The translations under genes and the position numbers were made by a program. This document shows, piece after piece, positions 1 to 12,895 of a stretch of 64,000 bases of DNA. Each line of letters begins with the position of its first letter. Position 1 is the first letter of the stretch. The notes beneath the pieces were generated by a model that saw only the letters and a program-made list of their open reading frames with translations, made no database searches and had not been told where the DNA came from. The DNA lies in NCBI GenBank assembly GCA_001662655.1, contig KV460219.1. The stretch is one strand, 5' to 3'. The stretch is from Pseudogymnoascus verrucosus. Lineage: Eukaryota.

Positions 1-560
1 ACAGCCCGCTTGCTGCGGACGAGTTTCCCAAATACAACATTCCTGCACCGTTGCCGGGAGAGCTCCCCGCCGTCGCACAGCATCTCGCATGCACTTCGCG
101 CAAACCGCGGTGCAAGGCGGTCATATTGCAGCCCAAGAGGAGACATTATTTGCGCGCGGGTTGCCTCAATCAGGCTTCTGGCCACCATGCACGGAATCGC
201 GCGTCGATCCCCATCGAGGACCAGACTGGCGGATCCAGTGTGTCCCAGCCTTCCGGTCTGTGGGTGGGGAGAGCGCTAGGTATAAGACTCGGGACCATCC
301 CACGTTGATGGTAGCAATGAAAGAGGTAGCTGCTATCCCAATTCGTATTGCCATTTAGAACTACCCAAACAATTATTCATCATTAGAAAGATTCCCAAGC
401 AAGGCTAGTCGTCTTATTCTGGATACCTGACGCACGGCGTGTTCCCGTCCACACCTCTTCCCGCATACCACGTATATATCATATCTCTGCCAACCCCTTG
501 CGTCAACAGCGCCCCCTTCTCAGTTCTTCAGTGATAAGAAACCCACCGCCCTAGCCAGAG

Positions 561-1496
561 ATGGACGACGATGAGAGCGTGTCCACGCCGTCCACAACAC
601 CCGCAACATCGCCATCCACAACATCTCCGTCTCTATCCACGCCTCGGTCACCACCAATGTCCGGGACGAAAGTGAGGCTGTTTGACGGCAACAACTACAA
701 CAGTAGCCGAGAGAGAAAGAGGCCATCTGTTTTTCAAGGTGATGGACTCGCTGCCTTCATAGATATCTACTGCAGCCCGGATGCGTCCAGGAGCCCAGGA
801 ACACCCGAGTACCTGGCACCCCAGTCGCCGATGGAGAGATACTATCAGGAGGAGGAAGTGCCTTGGCAACTGAGTGGGACGATGGATGGCACTGTCGCTG
901 GGGAGCCTAGAGAGGAGAGAGAAGAGTAAGTTTAACCTCTTGGACGTTTCAACCTGTACTAAACAAGTCAGCAGCGAACGCGAAAGGCGGTTAAGCAACG
1001 TCGTCGAAGATGCGCTAAAGGTCTTCAGCGGCACAAATGAAGCTTCAGCACAACCTCCAAATTCGAAATCACCGGCTACAATCGAGGTGGTAGTAAACCA
1101 CGGCAAGAATACCATTCCCACAAGCGAGATGCAGGAGAGGTGGGTGCAACCCCCGTCCACTGCGTTGCCGACCCGTCGTCTCGTATCCCAGTGGGAGAGG
1201 AACGTATTGATTGACCGCCAAACAATAGCCTCCTCCACGACCTGATGGTGCCGAGTCAGGTTGAGCGTAAGAAGAAAATGTTCACGAAGGGAGCCGTGTA
1301 TTCGCATATTCGGCAACGAAAATCTGCGAGGAAAGAAGACGGTGCGATAGTTGTTGAGGACGCGCGTGGGGTGGAGAGGGGCAAGAAGAGGAGGGGGAAG
1401 GGGAACTCGGTGGCGTCGGATCGGAGTGGATATGATAGCTCTCAACGCTTGAGGAGTTTCTCTGTGAGTGATGAGGAAGAGAAGAGAGTAAGATGA
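561..1496 (+). CDS. Hypothetical low-complexity protein, exon structure only partly resolved
   Basis: ATG at 561 after a TATA-like element near 473. GTAAGT donor at 926 and tandem CAGCAG acceptor at 971/974 join ORF 561 to ORF 874 in frame. The link to the 1245-1496 frame is not resolved and could be a frameshift. Confidence 0.35.
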
Positions 1497-2389
1497 TGAA
1501 GCTCCGGGATAGACATGTGTGAGTGCTTATAGAAAGAAGGGGGTTCGGCTTTATTTCTGGGAACGCAGGTTATACAGGCGGCACTTTGGGTTATTGATGT
1601 TTTAAAAAGATATCTTAAAATATTTAAACATTTTAATAAAAAGAATTGGTTATTAGCGATAGAGGTTAGCACGCATTGCTTTTATAACCAAAATTAAACG
1701 AATACAACTCAATAAGGAATTTAACCCCACTAGTACAAGGGCTGTGGCCATAGAAATGGAATTTGGGGGACAAAAAGGGATGATATTTGTTATCCAACAA
1801 TCAAATCAACCATCCAATGACCCTCGGCCCGCCAAATTTAAAATCACAAGCAATCACGTACTGTATTCATGACGGCAATGCACAAGATATCAAAACACTT
1901 AAACATTACTCGGAACCCCCCCCCAAAAATGGGGAACTCTAGTAACATCATACGACACCCTGCAGCCCTGGAGACTGGAGAGGTCCTCCTACAGCCATTG
2001 CCCATTTGACACGGCGAGACTTGGCCTCAACGCGGCCCACCCCCAACAAATACAAATGCTAGACTTCCTGTTGGCATCGAATATCTGATGCTATATGTCA
2101 TCAACGACGTCTCGAAATTTATGGCATGCTCTGCATATGTCTTGTCGCGGCCCGGGTAGCCGCAGTGTCTCAAACGCAAGGACTGGCATGGACCCCAAAG
2201 TTTCTAACGCCACATACACGGCCCTGTCTCAGTCCATTGGACAATATATAGACGGTCTTTCCGATGCATTTGAGGTATATGCAAAACGTTTACCGTTTCA
2301 TACCGCGCATTCTGTTTAGCGTTCTTGCCTCTCCCGTAGGTGCCGTAATAAGTGATCGAAGCAATACCTTCAACTCGGATTATACAACC

Positions 2390-3040
2390 CTATCTCTTCT
2401 TATCCACCGGCTCATTCAAGCGTATGTGATCTCTGGCCACCATAAGCGCTTTCCCCAGTCTGTTCTCTCCCCAGTGTTTCTGGTGCGCCATAGCATGCTT
2501 CGCCGAGTATCCGATTCCCCAAACGGGATCTTGCGACGACGCCTCAACGAGCAAGCGATCGCCAGTGGCGAGCAACTTGCCCCTCAGCTTCCGGTTTCGG
2601 GAGAACTTTGCGATGCTCCCAGCAACAACCACGTCGCTTTTTACCTCATCCCATCGCGCGTCGTAAAACCCGTTTACCTGCCTGCCGAGATGCTTCTGCT
2701 CTTTGGGGCTGTCGGTCGCGAGGACGCGCCTTTGGGTATCCGTGTCGTGGAAGCGACCGGCTTTGCAGTACATCATAAATTGCTCGGCGCAGGAGAAGGT
2801 TATGTGTTCGTCTGTGCTGGGGTTGTCGTCGGCGCCGTCAGAGTCATCGATGAGCGAGGCAATTTGAGAGGTGCTAACTGTGAAAATGGAAGGAAACCAC
2901 TGACAAAATTCTCCATTCACAGCATTTGGCAGATGAAAAAAGATGGGCCATTCATCCCTGGTGGAATCTTCTTGCTGGGGCTTTGTTAAGGAACTTGATG
3001 GGGTACCTTGATCTCTGGGGTTCGTTGGTTGGCGATCCAT
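2390..3040 (-). CDS. NADAR (YbiA-like) N-glycosidase domain protein
   Basis: Intronless 216 aa ORF with family motifs FCQWFPS, FSCAEQFMMYCKA, LGRQVNGF, LVEASSQDPVWGIG and WGENRLGKALM. Confidence 0.88.
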   Translation of the reverse strand: MDRQPTNPRDQGTPSSSLTKPQQEDSTRDEWPIFFHLPNAVNGEFCQWFPSIFTVSTSQIASLIDDSDGADDNPSTDEHITFSCAEQFMMYCKAGRFHDTDTQRRVLATDSPKEQKHLGRQVNGFYDARWDEVKSDVVVAGSIAKFSRNRKLRGKLLATGDRLLVEASSQDPVWGIGYSAKHAMAHQKHWGENRLGKALMVARDHIRLNEPVDKKR

Positions 3041-3426
3041 TGGAATAGTCGCAGCGTTGAAACTGGACTGTGATTTAAAGAATCAGCTTGGAGTGGGTGG
3101 ATTATAACTGAAGTTAAGTAGGTATAAACTCCACTTTAGCCAAGAGACTACAATATATACTGCTAGTCGAGTAGAGTCACTGCCCGAGAGAGTCATCGGC
3201 GTAGAACGCCCCACATAGTAAAGTTTAGCTCCTGGACCGCCCCTTCCCGCAAATTTAAAGTTTGGCAGATGTCAAGGTGATACTTTAGCATTTTTAGTGT
3301 TGCTAGTTAGTGGAAAATCATTTCTCCCAATGAACAAACCCTAGGGAACGCGGAGAAAGGACGTGTACCAAGATCAGAGATTGCAGAAATTAAAACTGTA
3401 TATTTATGAAAATTGCAACAATGGCC

Positions 3427-4203
3427 TCATTCGCCCAAACTATCCGCTTCGTCCACCTCCGCTTTACCCTTCTCCGATTCTTCCTTCTCCTCTTCGTCAT
3501 TCTCCGCTTCATCTTTCTCAGCTTCCTCCTTCTCAGCTTCATCCTTCTCAGCCTCGTCAATCTCCATTTCCTCGATCTCAAGGCGATGATCGACCCAGTC
3601 GATATATGACAACGCCTCCCGTAGTGATACCCGCTTGTTAGGTTCGTATTGCAATAACTCAATCATAGGCCGAAGAAGGCACTTCAACCGTTTCAAGGGA
3701 TGGCCCAAGTAGTTCCATGTCTAGGCAGTTGTGGATGCCGTTTGGGCCCTCATGGCGAAACCAATCAAAGAGCTGAATAAAGCCCCTTGGCTTATCCTGT
3801 GAGCCTTTGATTTAGTACTTCTCCAGATCTCTCATAGCTTGAATTTCGGGATCTTTGTCCAGATCATCTGTAGAGTCATGATCTTTTTTTATCTTGATAG
3901 CCGCCCATTGCCTATTGTGGCATTAGCAGAGGCTAGATACGCTCGGAATATAAAAGCGCCCAATTCAACGCACTCTTCCTGAATATCTTGGGTTAACCAG
4001 ACAGTTGAGTGTCCGCCATAGCCAAGCTTGTTCTGAATACAGTATCGTCCATTGTGGAATGTGTCTCCCAGCGTGACCGTGTGCAAACCCCCAGCTACAT
4101 ATTCCTGTAGGGGCTCATGCGGCTGTATAATGCTCTAGTCATCATCATACAAATGCCAGTCAATCCGCAACGGTGAAGGATTGTTCTGTGAAGCCATATC
4201 CAT
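3427..4203 (-). pseudogene. Degenerate SRPK/Sky1-like protein kinase
   Basis: EYVAGGLHTVTLGDTFHNGRYCIQNKLGYGGHSTVWL, then WAAIKI and FRHEGPNGIHNCLDMELLGPSL. In-frame stops at about 4136 and 3812. The sequence then jumps to the C-terminal LLQYEPNKRVSLREAL with no HRD/DFG core. Confidence 0.8.
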
Positions 4204-5148
4204 GTAATATGTTATACGCTGCTCGCAGTTGTCAGTCCTGACCGCCAATCTACGAGGGTAAACGCTGACATCGCGCAGATCTCAGCAAGTATCCGATCTG
4301 TGAATGGTTGCCTAATTATGACTCCAATTATAGGCGATTGGCTAGATCATGTAAATTATGCAATTCGAGTGCTATTTTGGGTGATTATACGCAATTTACT
4401 CCACAGTACACGGCTTGGTCTCTATAACCATTCGATATGAAATAGGCTCTGGATCAGCAAAGAAGCTGTGGCTGATATCGGGTTGCATGTTAGTCCAACT
4501 AAATTGGGAGGGCAACGTTGAATATATCGCATCTTAAATAGATGCATTACCCATCTGGAATATAATTTACAAAGAATAGATTAATATCTACGCAGCTCTA
4601 ACCCGTGAGCAAGGCAAGGGAGATGTAGTATTGCATACCAGTCTGGTGGCCATTGAAATTAGAAGCTGACACAGAGACTACAACCCTGCATTCATCACCT
4701 CATGAGAAGTAGACATTGTTAACCTGGAGCCAACGAGCATCGAAGTACTCGAAGCTAAGCCAAATTTGCACCAGTTCCCTGTTGACCACGTGTGAAAATA
4801 TGCGGGCCTGTTCTCGCCATTGAAATGCCTCGGTATGTATAATGTAGCCTAGAGTGAGTGGCTGAAGTACTCCGCATCGGGACTTCCCCTTTGAGCCTCG
4901 GCGTTTGTTGCAGCTGAAGTGGAAGAGAGAACAGGATTATATTTTATGATTATATTTTACTGCCGCATGGCGTAGAGACATCGCTCTAATCTACATAATA
5001 AACAAAAAGGCCTCTGGCGTCTATCCCAGGGCCTGGATACCCATTCATTCCCAAGCTCCAGTGCTGAACCCAACATCAAATAATTTACTCGGGATTGCCA
5101 AGGTCCGCACAGCGTGATTTTCAATCCCCAACTCCAGCCCTGAGTCTC

Positions 5149-6528
5149 TTATGCTTTACTGTTCTGCGCGCGGCTCTTCCGTACCTCCTTTTGGTATTCC
5201 TCCTCAAACTGCATCACCTCCATCTGTATCGTAACGCCTTTCGTCCCCTCCATGCTATCCTCCTCGCTCTCACTCCTCCTACTCCGTGCCGACACCATCG
5301 CCTGAGTCCCCAAGCGCCTATCTGTCAGTCCCATCACATCGTCCTCGATATTATTATAGCTTCTCCCCGCCCCACTCGGATACGTGCCACTCGGCCCCCC
5401 CGTCTTGCTCCCGCCCTTACTCGATGAACGGTTCCACGCCACGAAGAAGGCGCGACAAGATGGCACGCACGCGCAGATGATTGATACATGTACCTCGATC
5501 GACGCCCACAGCCAGCCGGCGTAGCCGTACCACGACACGTCGTACGATTTCCGCATGATGATGACTACATACACCAGCCGGACTGTGGAGGCGGCGATGA
5601 CAAGCAGTCCAGCGGAAAACAGGGATATGAGGTGGACTTTCTGGGTTGTGCGGATTCGGAGGGCGAAGAGAGAGCGGAGCGGGATGAGGAAGATGACGAT
5701 TTCTATGAGGATGTTGAAAGCGGCGCTGGTGATCATATGTATGCTCTCGTCGATGCAGGTGCCGGCGGATTTAGGGATTAGGATTTCCCAGTAATGCTGG
5801 AGGGGTCTGGTAGAGTTAGTATGGGCAGTGGTTGGATAGATTGGGCGATATACCGGCACTGGAGACAGAGAATTAAGAAGGCGGCTATGTAGTAGACGAC
5901 AACGACTCCGAGGGTGATTTTGGTGACTATTTTATCGATCTTGGCGACAAGAATTCGTAGATAAAAGACGAGGATGGACGCTTTGGCAAGAGACGCGGTT
6001 GTCATGTATAGGACCATGCTCGCCCAACTAATCTGTAATGGTAGCCAATGTCAGTGGATGTCAGAGTAAAACTTGAACATATTATAAGAGGATCGCAGGT
6101 GAACGGTAAATCGAGTAATTGCTTACCATCCGGCTGGTAACCATATCTTTTGGTGGAAGATCCCAGACATGTATATCCCAACCATATCGTTTGATAGCGA
6201 GCATAACACTGGCAGTCAGGCCCATCGCGAACACCTGTTAACGTCCAATTCCGTCAGCTTCGTCTTTCACAAAGGTCTGCGCGAGTAGTCCTCGCGCTGG
6301 CACTATTTGGAGCGATAAACGGACCCAAGAAATGATGATCATGGCATCATCCAAACCAATGCCGGCCCTCGTAATAACAATCCTCGCATATAGACGTATG
6401 ATAACTATTGCCGTGACGAGGACGACGAGTATGGCTTGCACGATGACGCCCTCGTTCCCCCTACGTTGCGGGTCGACATAATTCGGCTTCGGCCACGATG
6501 CCAGGACTTCTGGCGGGGGAGATCTCAT
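5149..6528 (-). CDS. PTH11-like fungal rhodopsin-domain integral membrane protein (no CFEM), 4 exons
   Basis: Exons 6528-6325, 6234-6127, 6032-5854 and 5806-5149 with GT-AG introns. Motifs SWPKPNYVDP, GLDDAMI, YGWDIHVWD, AKASILVFYLRI and IEVHVSIICACVPS. Confidence 0.88.
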
Positions 6529-8761
6529 GATGGCGGGTCGTCAGGCACCATGTGGTCTGTTATCGACGGTGGGAATCCGATACCGACGTTGGAGACCATA
6601 TGAGGATCAGACGAAGAAATAGACCTGAGACTGTCTGGGGTTTGCCTTCATTTAAGTGCGACAGGGCTGACGTGCTAATGGGCTTTGTGGAGCTGGATTC
6701 CCCATTATTTGAGAGCTGGAACCTCAGTGAGTTCACAGGCCAAGAGATTTCATGGATGGAGTGGAGGCGCGATCGACGGCCCCCCTACAAAGAGCTCTCC
6801 AATGAAGGCGTTTGCGGGCACCAATGAAGATCTCAGGGGGGTCAATAGATGTGATAGAAATAGTGGAAAATAATCCACAATAATGCACAATAGCGAAAAA
6901 TAGCTACACTAGTAGGGGGTGGGGACGGGTCAAGTAGGGGACAGTAGATGAGACGGAACATGATATCAATGCACGGGCACAAAAGACGCGCCAGTGTGAG
7001 GGTTTCTGGGTCTCTTGGAACACTTTGGCCGAGGCCCCTGATTTTCTGATAGCGGGCAAGAGATGAGATACAGGCGTGGCGCAGGCATGATGCAGCCCAG
7101 TTTCGAGTTCTGGAGCAGTACTGGTGGACTTGGCGATATTGGGGGATTTCCAAAAAGGTACCCACGAAATGTATTCGTTGGAAGCGGGGTTTGTGGGGTT
7201 CTATCCCGAGGCTGGGGCGGCCCATCACTTAGTAAAAGTAGACCACGGAAGGAAAGAAGGCACGCCCACAGGTAGCCCGAAGATAATATCGACAGTGGCC
7301 AACAGCCCGGGAACTCTTTGGAATGAACAACACGGGGGAAATCCGTTTCCCGTCCAAATAAAAAGGCGTTCGACACCGTTGAATTGAGATGTGATATTGC
7401 CTGTTTATGTGGCAGCGATGTCCGTTTCTGTAGGGGTTTGATAAGAAATGTGACGAGAATAACTAGGGCAATAGTCTGGCGCAGATCATAGCGGGGTGTA
7501 TTATATGACCCCTACGGAGAAACCACGGAGTATTTACAAGCCACTCAATTCTCCAACCAACAACACCTCAGACACCCTCGTGGCGCGTACTCATCAAATC
7601 CTCAGCACCCATACACCAATTAATGCATCTTCGCTATGATCTACACCAAGCACTGGGGCAGGCCATTATAACAACTCTCACAAAATCCCCAAATTATACA
7701 AAACGAGACATAACCCCGATGAACGCACATTACAGGCACGTCGGGCTTGCCACATCACATCGCAAGCTCCACCGGAAGCATCACCAACATCCCCAACACT
7801 GCAGATCAACCGCGGGTGGACACGGATCCTATCCTCGCCTGGCCGGGGGCCGGGTACGTACAGTACGGCGCCAAATCCTTCAGCATCGCAATCGTCGCCG
7901 GGTATGCAGCTGGCGCAGAACCCCATCGCGCGTCTCACATATCATCTCCAGCGGTCAGTCTACTAAAGCAGTCGTAGTGCTCGCAGCTGCTTGCTAGTTT
8001 GCGATGTTACTGCAATGTTAGTTGCTGAACAACAAATGATGGGGATGCGTAACCCCAACATCTTTCCTCTTAGCGCGCCCCACAAACTGACCTACTCACT
8101 GGCGTGTACCGGCGTTCGCTGGCGCATTCTGGCGCGCTCGCAAGCGGCCAGTGCACGGATATGATAGCTCCCTACGTAAGTATCGAGGCAGGATCGCCGC
8201 GTTGAGTTAGCGGGGAATCTTGGTCTCGGACGCGAAGCCGAGGAGGTGGTGAGGGTGGTCCGGCATCTGGTGGTGATCTTTTATCTGCTGTACGCTACGA
8301 AACGAAAGGTTGGTTACAACGATTGCCGAGTTGATTGAGGGTATGTCATTGCGCACGGCTGAATAACACGGCACGTCCAGCTCTCGAGCCCTCGGTAACG
8401 CATGGCACGAAAGGCGGCCGGTGGTGGCCATGGCGCAAGATGGCGTCTCATATTACCCTGATGTGTCCCATATTCGGCGCTCTTTGACCTCAGACGGCTG
8501 ACAAACACACCCAGTCTGCTATAAGTAGGCTAATTCCTAGGGCCTCTAACTAACCCCTAAACTAGAGCTAAATAGTAACTAAATAGGGTAGGACCTAAAT
8601 TGGCCACGTTGTGCACGTGACTCTACTGCTTAGTAATGAGCCACTAGATTTCACTGTTCGCCTTGGCATTAACATTGTTCAAGACACATAACAAATCGCC
8701 AACCACACTAAGGCGGCCTACGTCTAGTATTATATATGAACAATAATGAGTGAACAGTCCG

Positions 8762-10252
8762 ATGACAGACGAGGCAACAAATTCTAGCAGCCAGCGCCTG
8801 CGTGCCTGTGATGCGTGCCGGCGCCGCAAGGTTCGATGCAATGGCCAGCAACGATGTCAACAGTGCAATCATCTGAATCTAGCGTGCATCTACTCAACAA
8901 ATACCAAAGGGCTATCGAGGAAGAATGCCGCCCAGAGAGGGACGATTATTGATTCGTGTAGGACCAATGCAACTAGAACTCTAACTGGAACCGTAACCCG
9001 CTCTACCTCGAGCTCGATCGTGGGTAGCATAGCACCAATTCATCAGCCATACAGCACAATTCACATTCATCCTGATCCGTCGTTTTTTACCTCTTTGGTC
9101 CCCGAGTATATGTCGTCAGTCTATCCAGTGAACCCCGTCATCACGGAAAGCGAAGTACGGCATTGCATTCAGCGGATAGGATGTGACAGGGATGGAACAT
9201 CTTTTCTGTACGCTTATGCTGCCGTAACCATAAACCTATCCAGGATCGATAACGTCCAATTCGCACCAGACGTCCAAGAGCAGATTGGCGACCTGCTCAC
9301 CAAATCCTTTGAGCATCGGGACCAGCTTGGTCTTAGCGAGCGACCAACAATGCTGCGTGTCATGAGTTCGCTGTTCATCGAGATCTGTCTAATGGGTCTG
9401 CGTAAACCCGATCTGGCATTCACGTATCTTCGTGAAACCATCTCGCTACTGTACATGCTTCACGTTGACAAGCCCGAAGTTATGAGCTCCCTGCCGCCAC
9501 ACGAGCGAGGTAGGATAGAACGGGCCTTCTGGGAATGCTTCATCCATGAACGCTTCACAGCCCTGACCGAGTTTAAGCCCATCTGTCTGTACCCTCTACA
9601 CACACCTCCGTCCCCTGACCCGTTGTTACCTCCTTCGTTGGATCTCGGATGGAGACTACTGATTCAGACCTTCTCGCTCGTTGATCGGGAATTCGTGGAC
9701 CTTTGGCTAGGGGACCGCTCGCAGGTCACGTCAGAGTTCATCGAGCGGAAGCACCATCAGCTAGATGAATGGCAATGGGAGGTCGAGGTACCGACGCTGT
9801 CGCCCATGCAGAAGGCAGACCTGATCATCACCCGCCAGTGGTTGCGCACTGTGACTTGGCAGATGGCCATTTCCAACATCCAGCTGCCGGCCGAGAACCA
9901 GTCCGAGTCGCTGTCGCTGTCGCTGCCGCTCCGACTCTCGAGCGAGCTACGGCAGTTTCTGGCGCACATGTCACACGAAGACGTGGGGATACACGGCTCC
10001 GGTATCCTGAACAAGCTATTCGAGATCACAAATACCATTGCAGACGTCGTGATCCACTTGCCACAAGCTTCGACTAGCGACACGCTACAGCGGGTGGACG
10101 ACATCCTGGCGCTCAAGCGGTTCTTGTTCTCATTTGACAGGATCGAAAGAATCCACAAAACCATCATGATGGAGAAGATGGAGAGAATGAAACAAGTATA
10201 CCCTGCGATGGCCGAGATCGACCTGCTCGTAAACTCGCCCACCATGCTATGA
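8762..10252 (+). CDS. Zn(II)2Cys6 transcription factor, probable maltose/alpha-glucoside regulator
   Basis: CDACRRRKVRCNGQQRCQQCNHLNLAC cluster and C-terminal QKADLIITRQWLR / IHGSGILNKLFEI motifs as in MAL/AmyR-like regulators. First ATG at 8762. Adjacent to maltase and permease. Confidence 0.88.
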   Translation: MTDEATNSSSQRLRACDACRRRKVRCNGQQRCQQCNHLNLACIYSTNTKGLSRKNAAQRGTIIDSCRTNATRTLTGTVTRSTSSSIVGSIAPIHQPYSTIHIHPDPSFFTSLVPEYMSSVYPVNPVITESEVRHCIQRIGCDRDGTSFLYAYAAVTINLSRIDNVQFAPDVQEQIGDLLTKSFEHRDQLGLSERPTMLRVMSSLFIEICLMGLRKPDLAFTYLRETISLLYMLHVDKPEVMSSLPPHERGRIERAFWECFIHERFTALTEFKPICLYPLHTPPSPDPLLPPSLDLGWRLLIQTFSLVDREFVDLWLGDRSQVTSEFIERKHHQLDEWQWEVEVPTLSPMQKADLIITRQWLRTVTWQMAISNIQLPAENQSESLSLSLPLRLSSELRQFLAHMSHEDVGIHGSGILNKLFEITNTIADVVIHLPQASTSDTLQRVDDILALKRFLFSFDRIERIHKTIMMEKMERMKQVYPAMAEIDLLVNSPTML

Positions 10253-11176
10253 ATTACGACTAGATTTGAGCATTTTCCTACATATTTATACCACAGCTAG
10301 GAAGTATAGAATTATTAATTGTATTATTCTTAGCAGTCGTCGGGACCTTAACTTTGCACATTTCCTTTTGAGGTGAAGGGTTCAGTTGTAAATATGTAGC
10401 ATAGAATATTACTAGGCGCGTCAGTCTAGAGTTGTGAACAAGGATGATATTGGAACTAGACTGTGATTAAGGTAAGGCACAGTGAGTTGTCGAAATTTCA
10501 TCAAGGTTTGATTTTAGAGTTCTAGGATTCGAAGCCAATTTATGATAACTTACTTACATGCAGTTTCATTTTTGTCCCTTTGACGAGATACACTTTTCTT
10601 CTGATATATCTTTCCTTCCCTCTCACCTCCATTTAACTAGTCCCGGTCTTCGAATTTTGCAAGATTCTTTCTGTCATCTCTATACAAGGCTAGATTTTAT
10701 CATAGACTTTTATAATGCCGCTCGAAGTTTAGAAACACTATCTAACCCGCGAAAAGCATACGCCAACCTAGAGTATTGGAGCCCTCAGAGTCTATATCTC
10801 ATCCACTCCGCTATTAGCGTCCCTCGCAGAGCCGGCCGTTCTCCAGTTCAAAGAATCTACTACTGATGTTTTATTCTCGGTGAAATATTATCCGGTCGAG
10901 AAATGTTCAAAGCTCTCCAGGGACGTTAGAAGGTGGGTTTGAACGGACTACGAGTAGAAAAAATCAGGGTGAATTCAGGTTTATCCGCAATTTCCTAGGG
11001 TTGCATCACACGGAACTGATATTGCTCGTACAGGTTTCTAGGCAAAGCATGGGTGTAACTTTTGATAAATGATACAAGTAGTCTTCTTCGGAAATTTGCT
11101 AATATAATTTAATAATATATGTAAAGTCTAAATGCGCCAGTCTATCCCATAACCAGTCGTAAAAAGCATATTTAAA

Positions 11177-12895
11177 TCATTGCGTTAGATAGATCCTACC
11201 CTCGAACGGCCTTAGAGTACCACTAACTTCATCATCGTAGTTCCCAGTCAAACGCTTCAACGTAGAGTCTGAAGGCAGGGCGAGTGACTGATCAGTTTCT
11301 GTGAAGTTCAACGCGACAATTGCCTTGCCGTTTGTACCCTTCTTCTCGAAGACAAAGGTGCTGTTGTTCTCCTTGTCAAGGACGGTAAAGATGCCATGAA
11401 CAAAAGTATTGGATTGCTCCTTTCTCAGTCGGAGCATCTGTTTCCAGAAGGAAAGAATAGAGTTTTTGTCCTGAGCCTCTCGCCTGACGTTCACTTCTGG
11501 GTAGTTGTCGTTTACCCGCATCCAAGGCTTGTTGGTGGAGAAACCGCCGTTTTTCGAACCATCCCACTGTATCGGAGTGCGAGCGTGGTCTCTGGCAAGG
11601 TGTTGGATTGCGGCCTTTGTGCGAGCGAGAGCAGCAGGATCAGCGTTGGTCTTTGCTTTGACAAAGTTATAATAGTTGTTACTGTCGACATCCTTGTATT
11701 CCTCTATCGGCCAGCTCTCGGGAACGTTGGTCATACCGATCTCTTGACCTTGGTAGACAAAGAGGGTACCGGACAAGCTGGCGACAAGCATAGAAAGCAT
11801 CTTGCCGCTCTTTTCACGACCCTCAGGAGTCTTGTCTGAGCCAAAGCGAGAGATAGACCTAGCCTGGTCGTGATTTTCAAGGAAAGAGGTAGTCCATGCA
11901 TCAGTTCCCTCGATCAGATCTTGCGTTGTCTCAATCGCATGCTTGAGCATGGGGAGTTCCCACCTCCTTGGAGTGGTGTCGAATTTTTGGTCTGCTCCAA
12001 AACCAACATCAACGACGTCGAACATAAAAGTCATGCTCAGTTGCTTGGCTTTGGCAGATACGTAACGAACGACATGGCCCTTGTCGTGAGTGTGCGGAAG
12101 CTCACCAACAGTCATGGCTCCGTACTTCTCCAGCACGGTGTTCATCTCAGAGAGATACTCATGCATCCTCGGGCCATTGCAGTACAGGCTGGCTGCAAAC
12201 TGCCACTTCTCCCCCACGTCTATGACGGGGGCATCCCTGTACTCAGGGTCTTTGCTGTACATATTCACGGTGTCGACGCGGAATCCATCGACTCCCTTAC
12301 GCAGCCAAAACTCCATGGCGGACTCGTAGATGGCAGCGCGAGTCTCTGCGTTCTCCCAGTTTAGGTCAGGCTGCTCTGTGCAAAATAGGTGAAGATAGTA
12401 TTCTTGGGTGGCATCGTCCCATTCCCACACGCTTCCGCCAAAGTTGCCGCGCCAGTTGTTTGGGGGGTGGCGATTGCCTTGCTCATCGTACTTGGCTGGA
12501 CGCCAAATATACCAGTCTCGCTTTGGATGATCCTTTGAAGATCGCGACTCCTTAAACCATTTGTGCTGGTCAGAAGTGTGGTTGACGACAAGGTCAAGTA
12601 GGACACGGATACCGCGGGAATGGCAATCCTGGATGAGCTTCTCCATGTCGGCAACGGTACCATATGGCGGGTAAACACTCTCATAATCAGAGATGTCATA
12701 TCCCATGTCGACCTGAGGGCTGTCGTACATTGGGGACACCCATATGGCGCCTACACCCAAGTCTTCGATGTAGTCGAGTTGTGAAATAATGCCAGGAATA
12801 TCACCGACGCCATCGCCGTTGGAGTCCTTAAAAGAGGCAGGGTAGATCTGATAGATGGTTGTGTCCTTCCACCATGGATGTTGAGTGACAGTCAT
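11177..12895 (-). CDS. GH13 alpha-glucosidase (maltase/oligo-1,6-glucosidase)
   Basis: WWKDTTIYQIYPASFKDSNGDGVGD, DLVVNHTS, QPDLNWEN, GFRVDTVN, TVGE and ENHDQAR. Intronless, ATG at 12895, no signal peptide. Confidence 0.96.
   Translation of the reverse strand: MTVTQHPWWKDTTIYQIYPASFKDSNGDGVGDIPGIISQLDYIEDLGVGAIWVSPMYDSPQVDMGYDISDYESVYPPYGTVADMEKLIQDCHSRGIRVLLDLVVNHTSDQHKWFKESRSSKDHPKRDWYIWRPAKYDEQGNRHPPNNWRGNFGGSVWEWDDATQEYYLHLFCTEQPDLNWENAETRAAIYESAMEFWLRKGVDGFRVDTVNMYSKDPEYRDAPVIDVGEKWQFAASLYCNGPRMHEYLSEMNTVLEKYGAMTVGELPHTHDKGHVVRYVSAKAKQLSMTFMFDVVDVGFGADQKFDTTPRRWELPMLKHAIETTQDLIEGTDAWTTSFLENHDQARSISRFGSDKTPEGREKSGKMLSMLVASLSGTLFVYQGQEIGMTNVPESWPIEEYKDVDSNNYYNFVKAKTNADPAALARTKAAIQHLARDHARTPIQWDGSKNGGFSTNKPWMRVNDNYPEVNVRREAQDKNSILSFWKQMLRLRKEQSNTFVHGIFTVLDKENNSTFVFEKKGTNGKAIVALNFTETDQSLALPSDSTLKRLTGNYDDEVSGTLRPFEGRIYLTQ

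Noticed and set aside
2264..2989. Long ORFs antisense to real genes (also 648-1445, 37231-37929, 42128-42862, 44063-44662)
   Set aside because: Shadow frames caused by codon bias, with no recognisable motifs.
7623..7997. GC-rich short overlapping ORFs between the rhodopsin gene and the MAL regulator
   Set aside because: Possibly a gene relic, but I could not recognise a family or splice structure.
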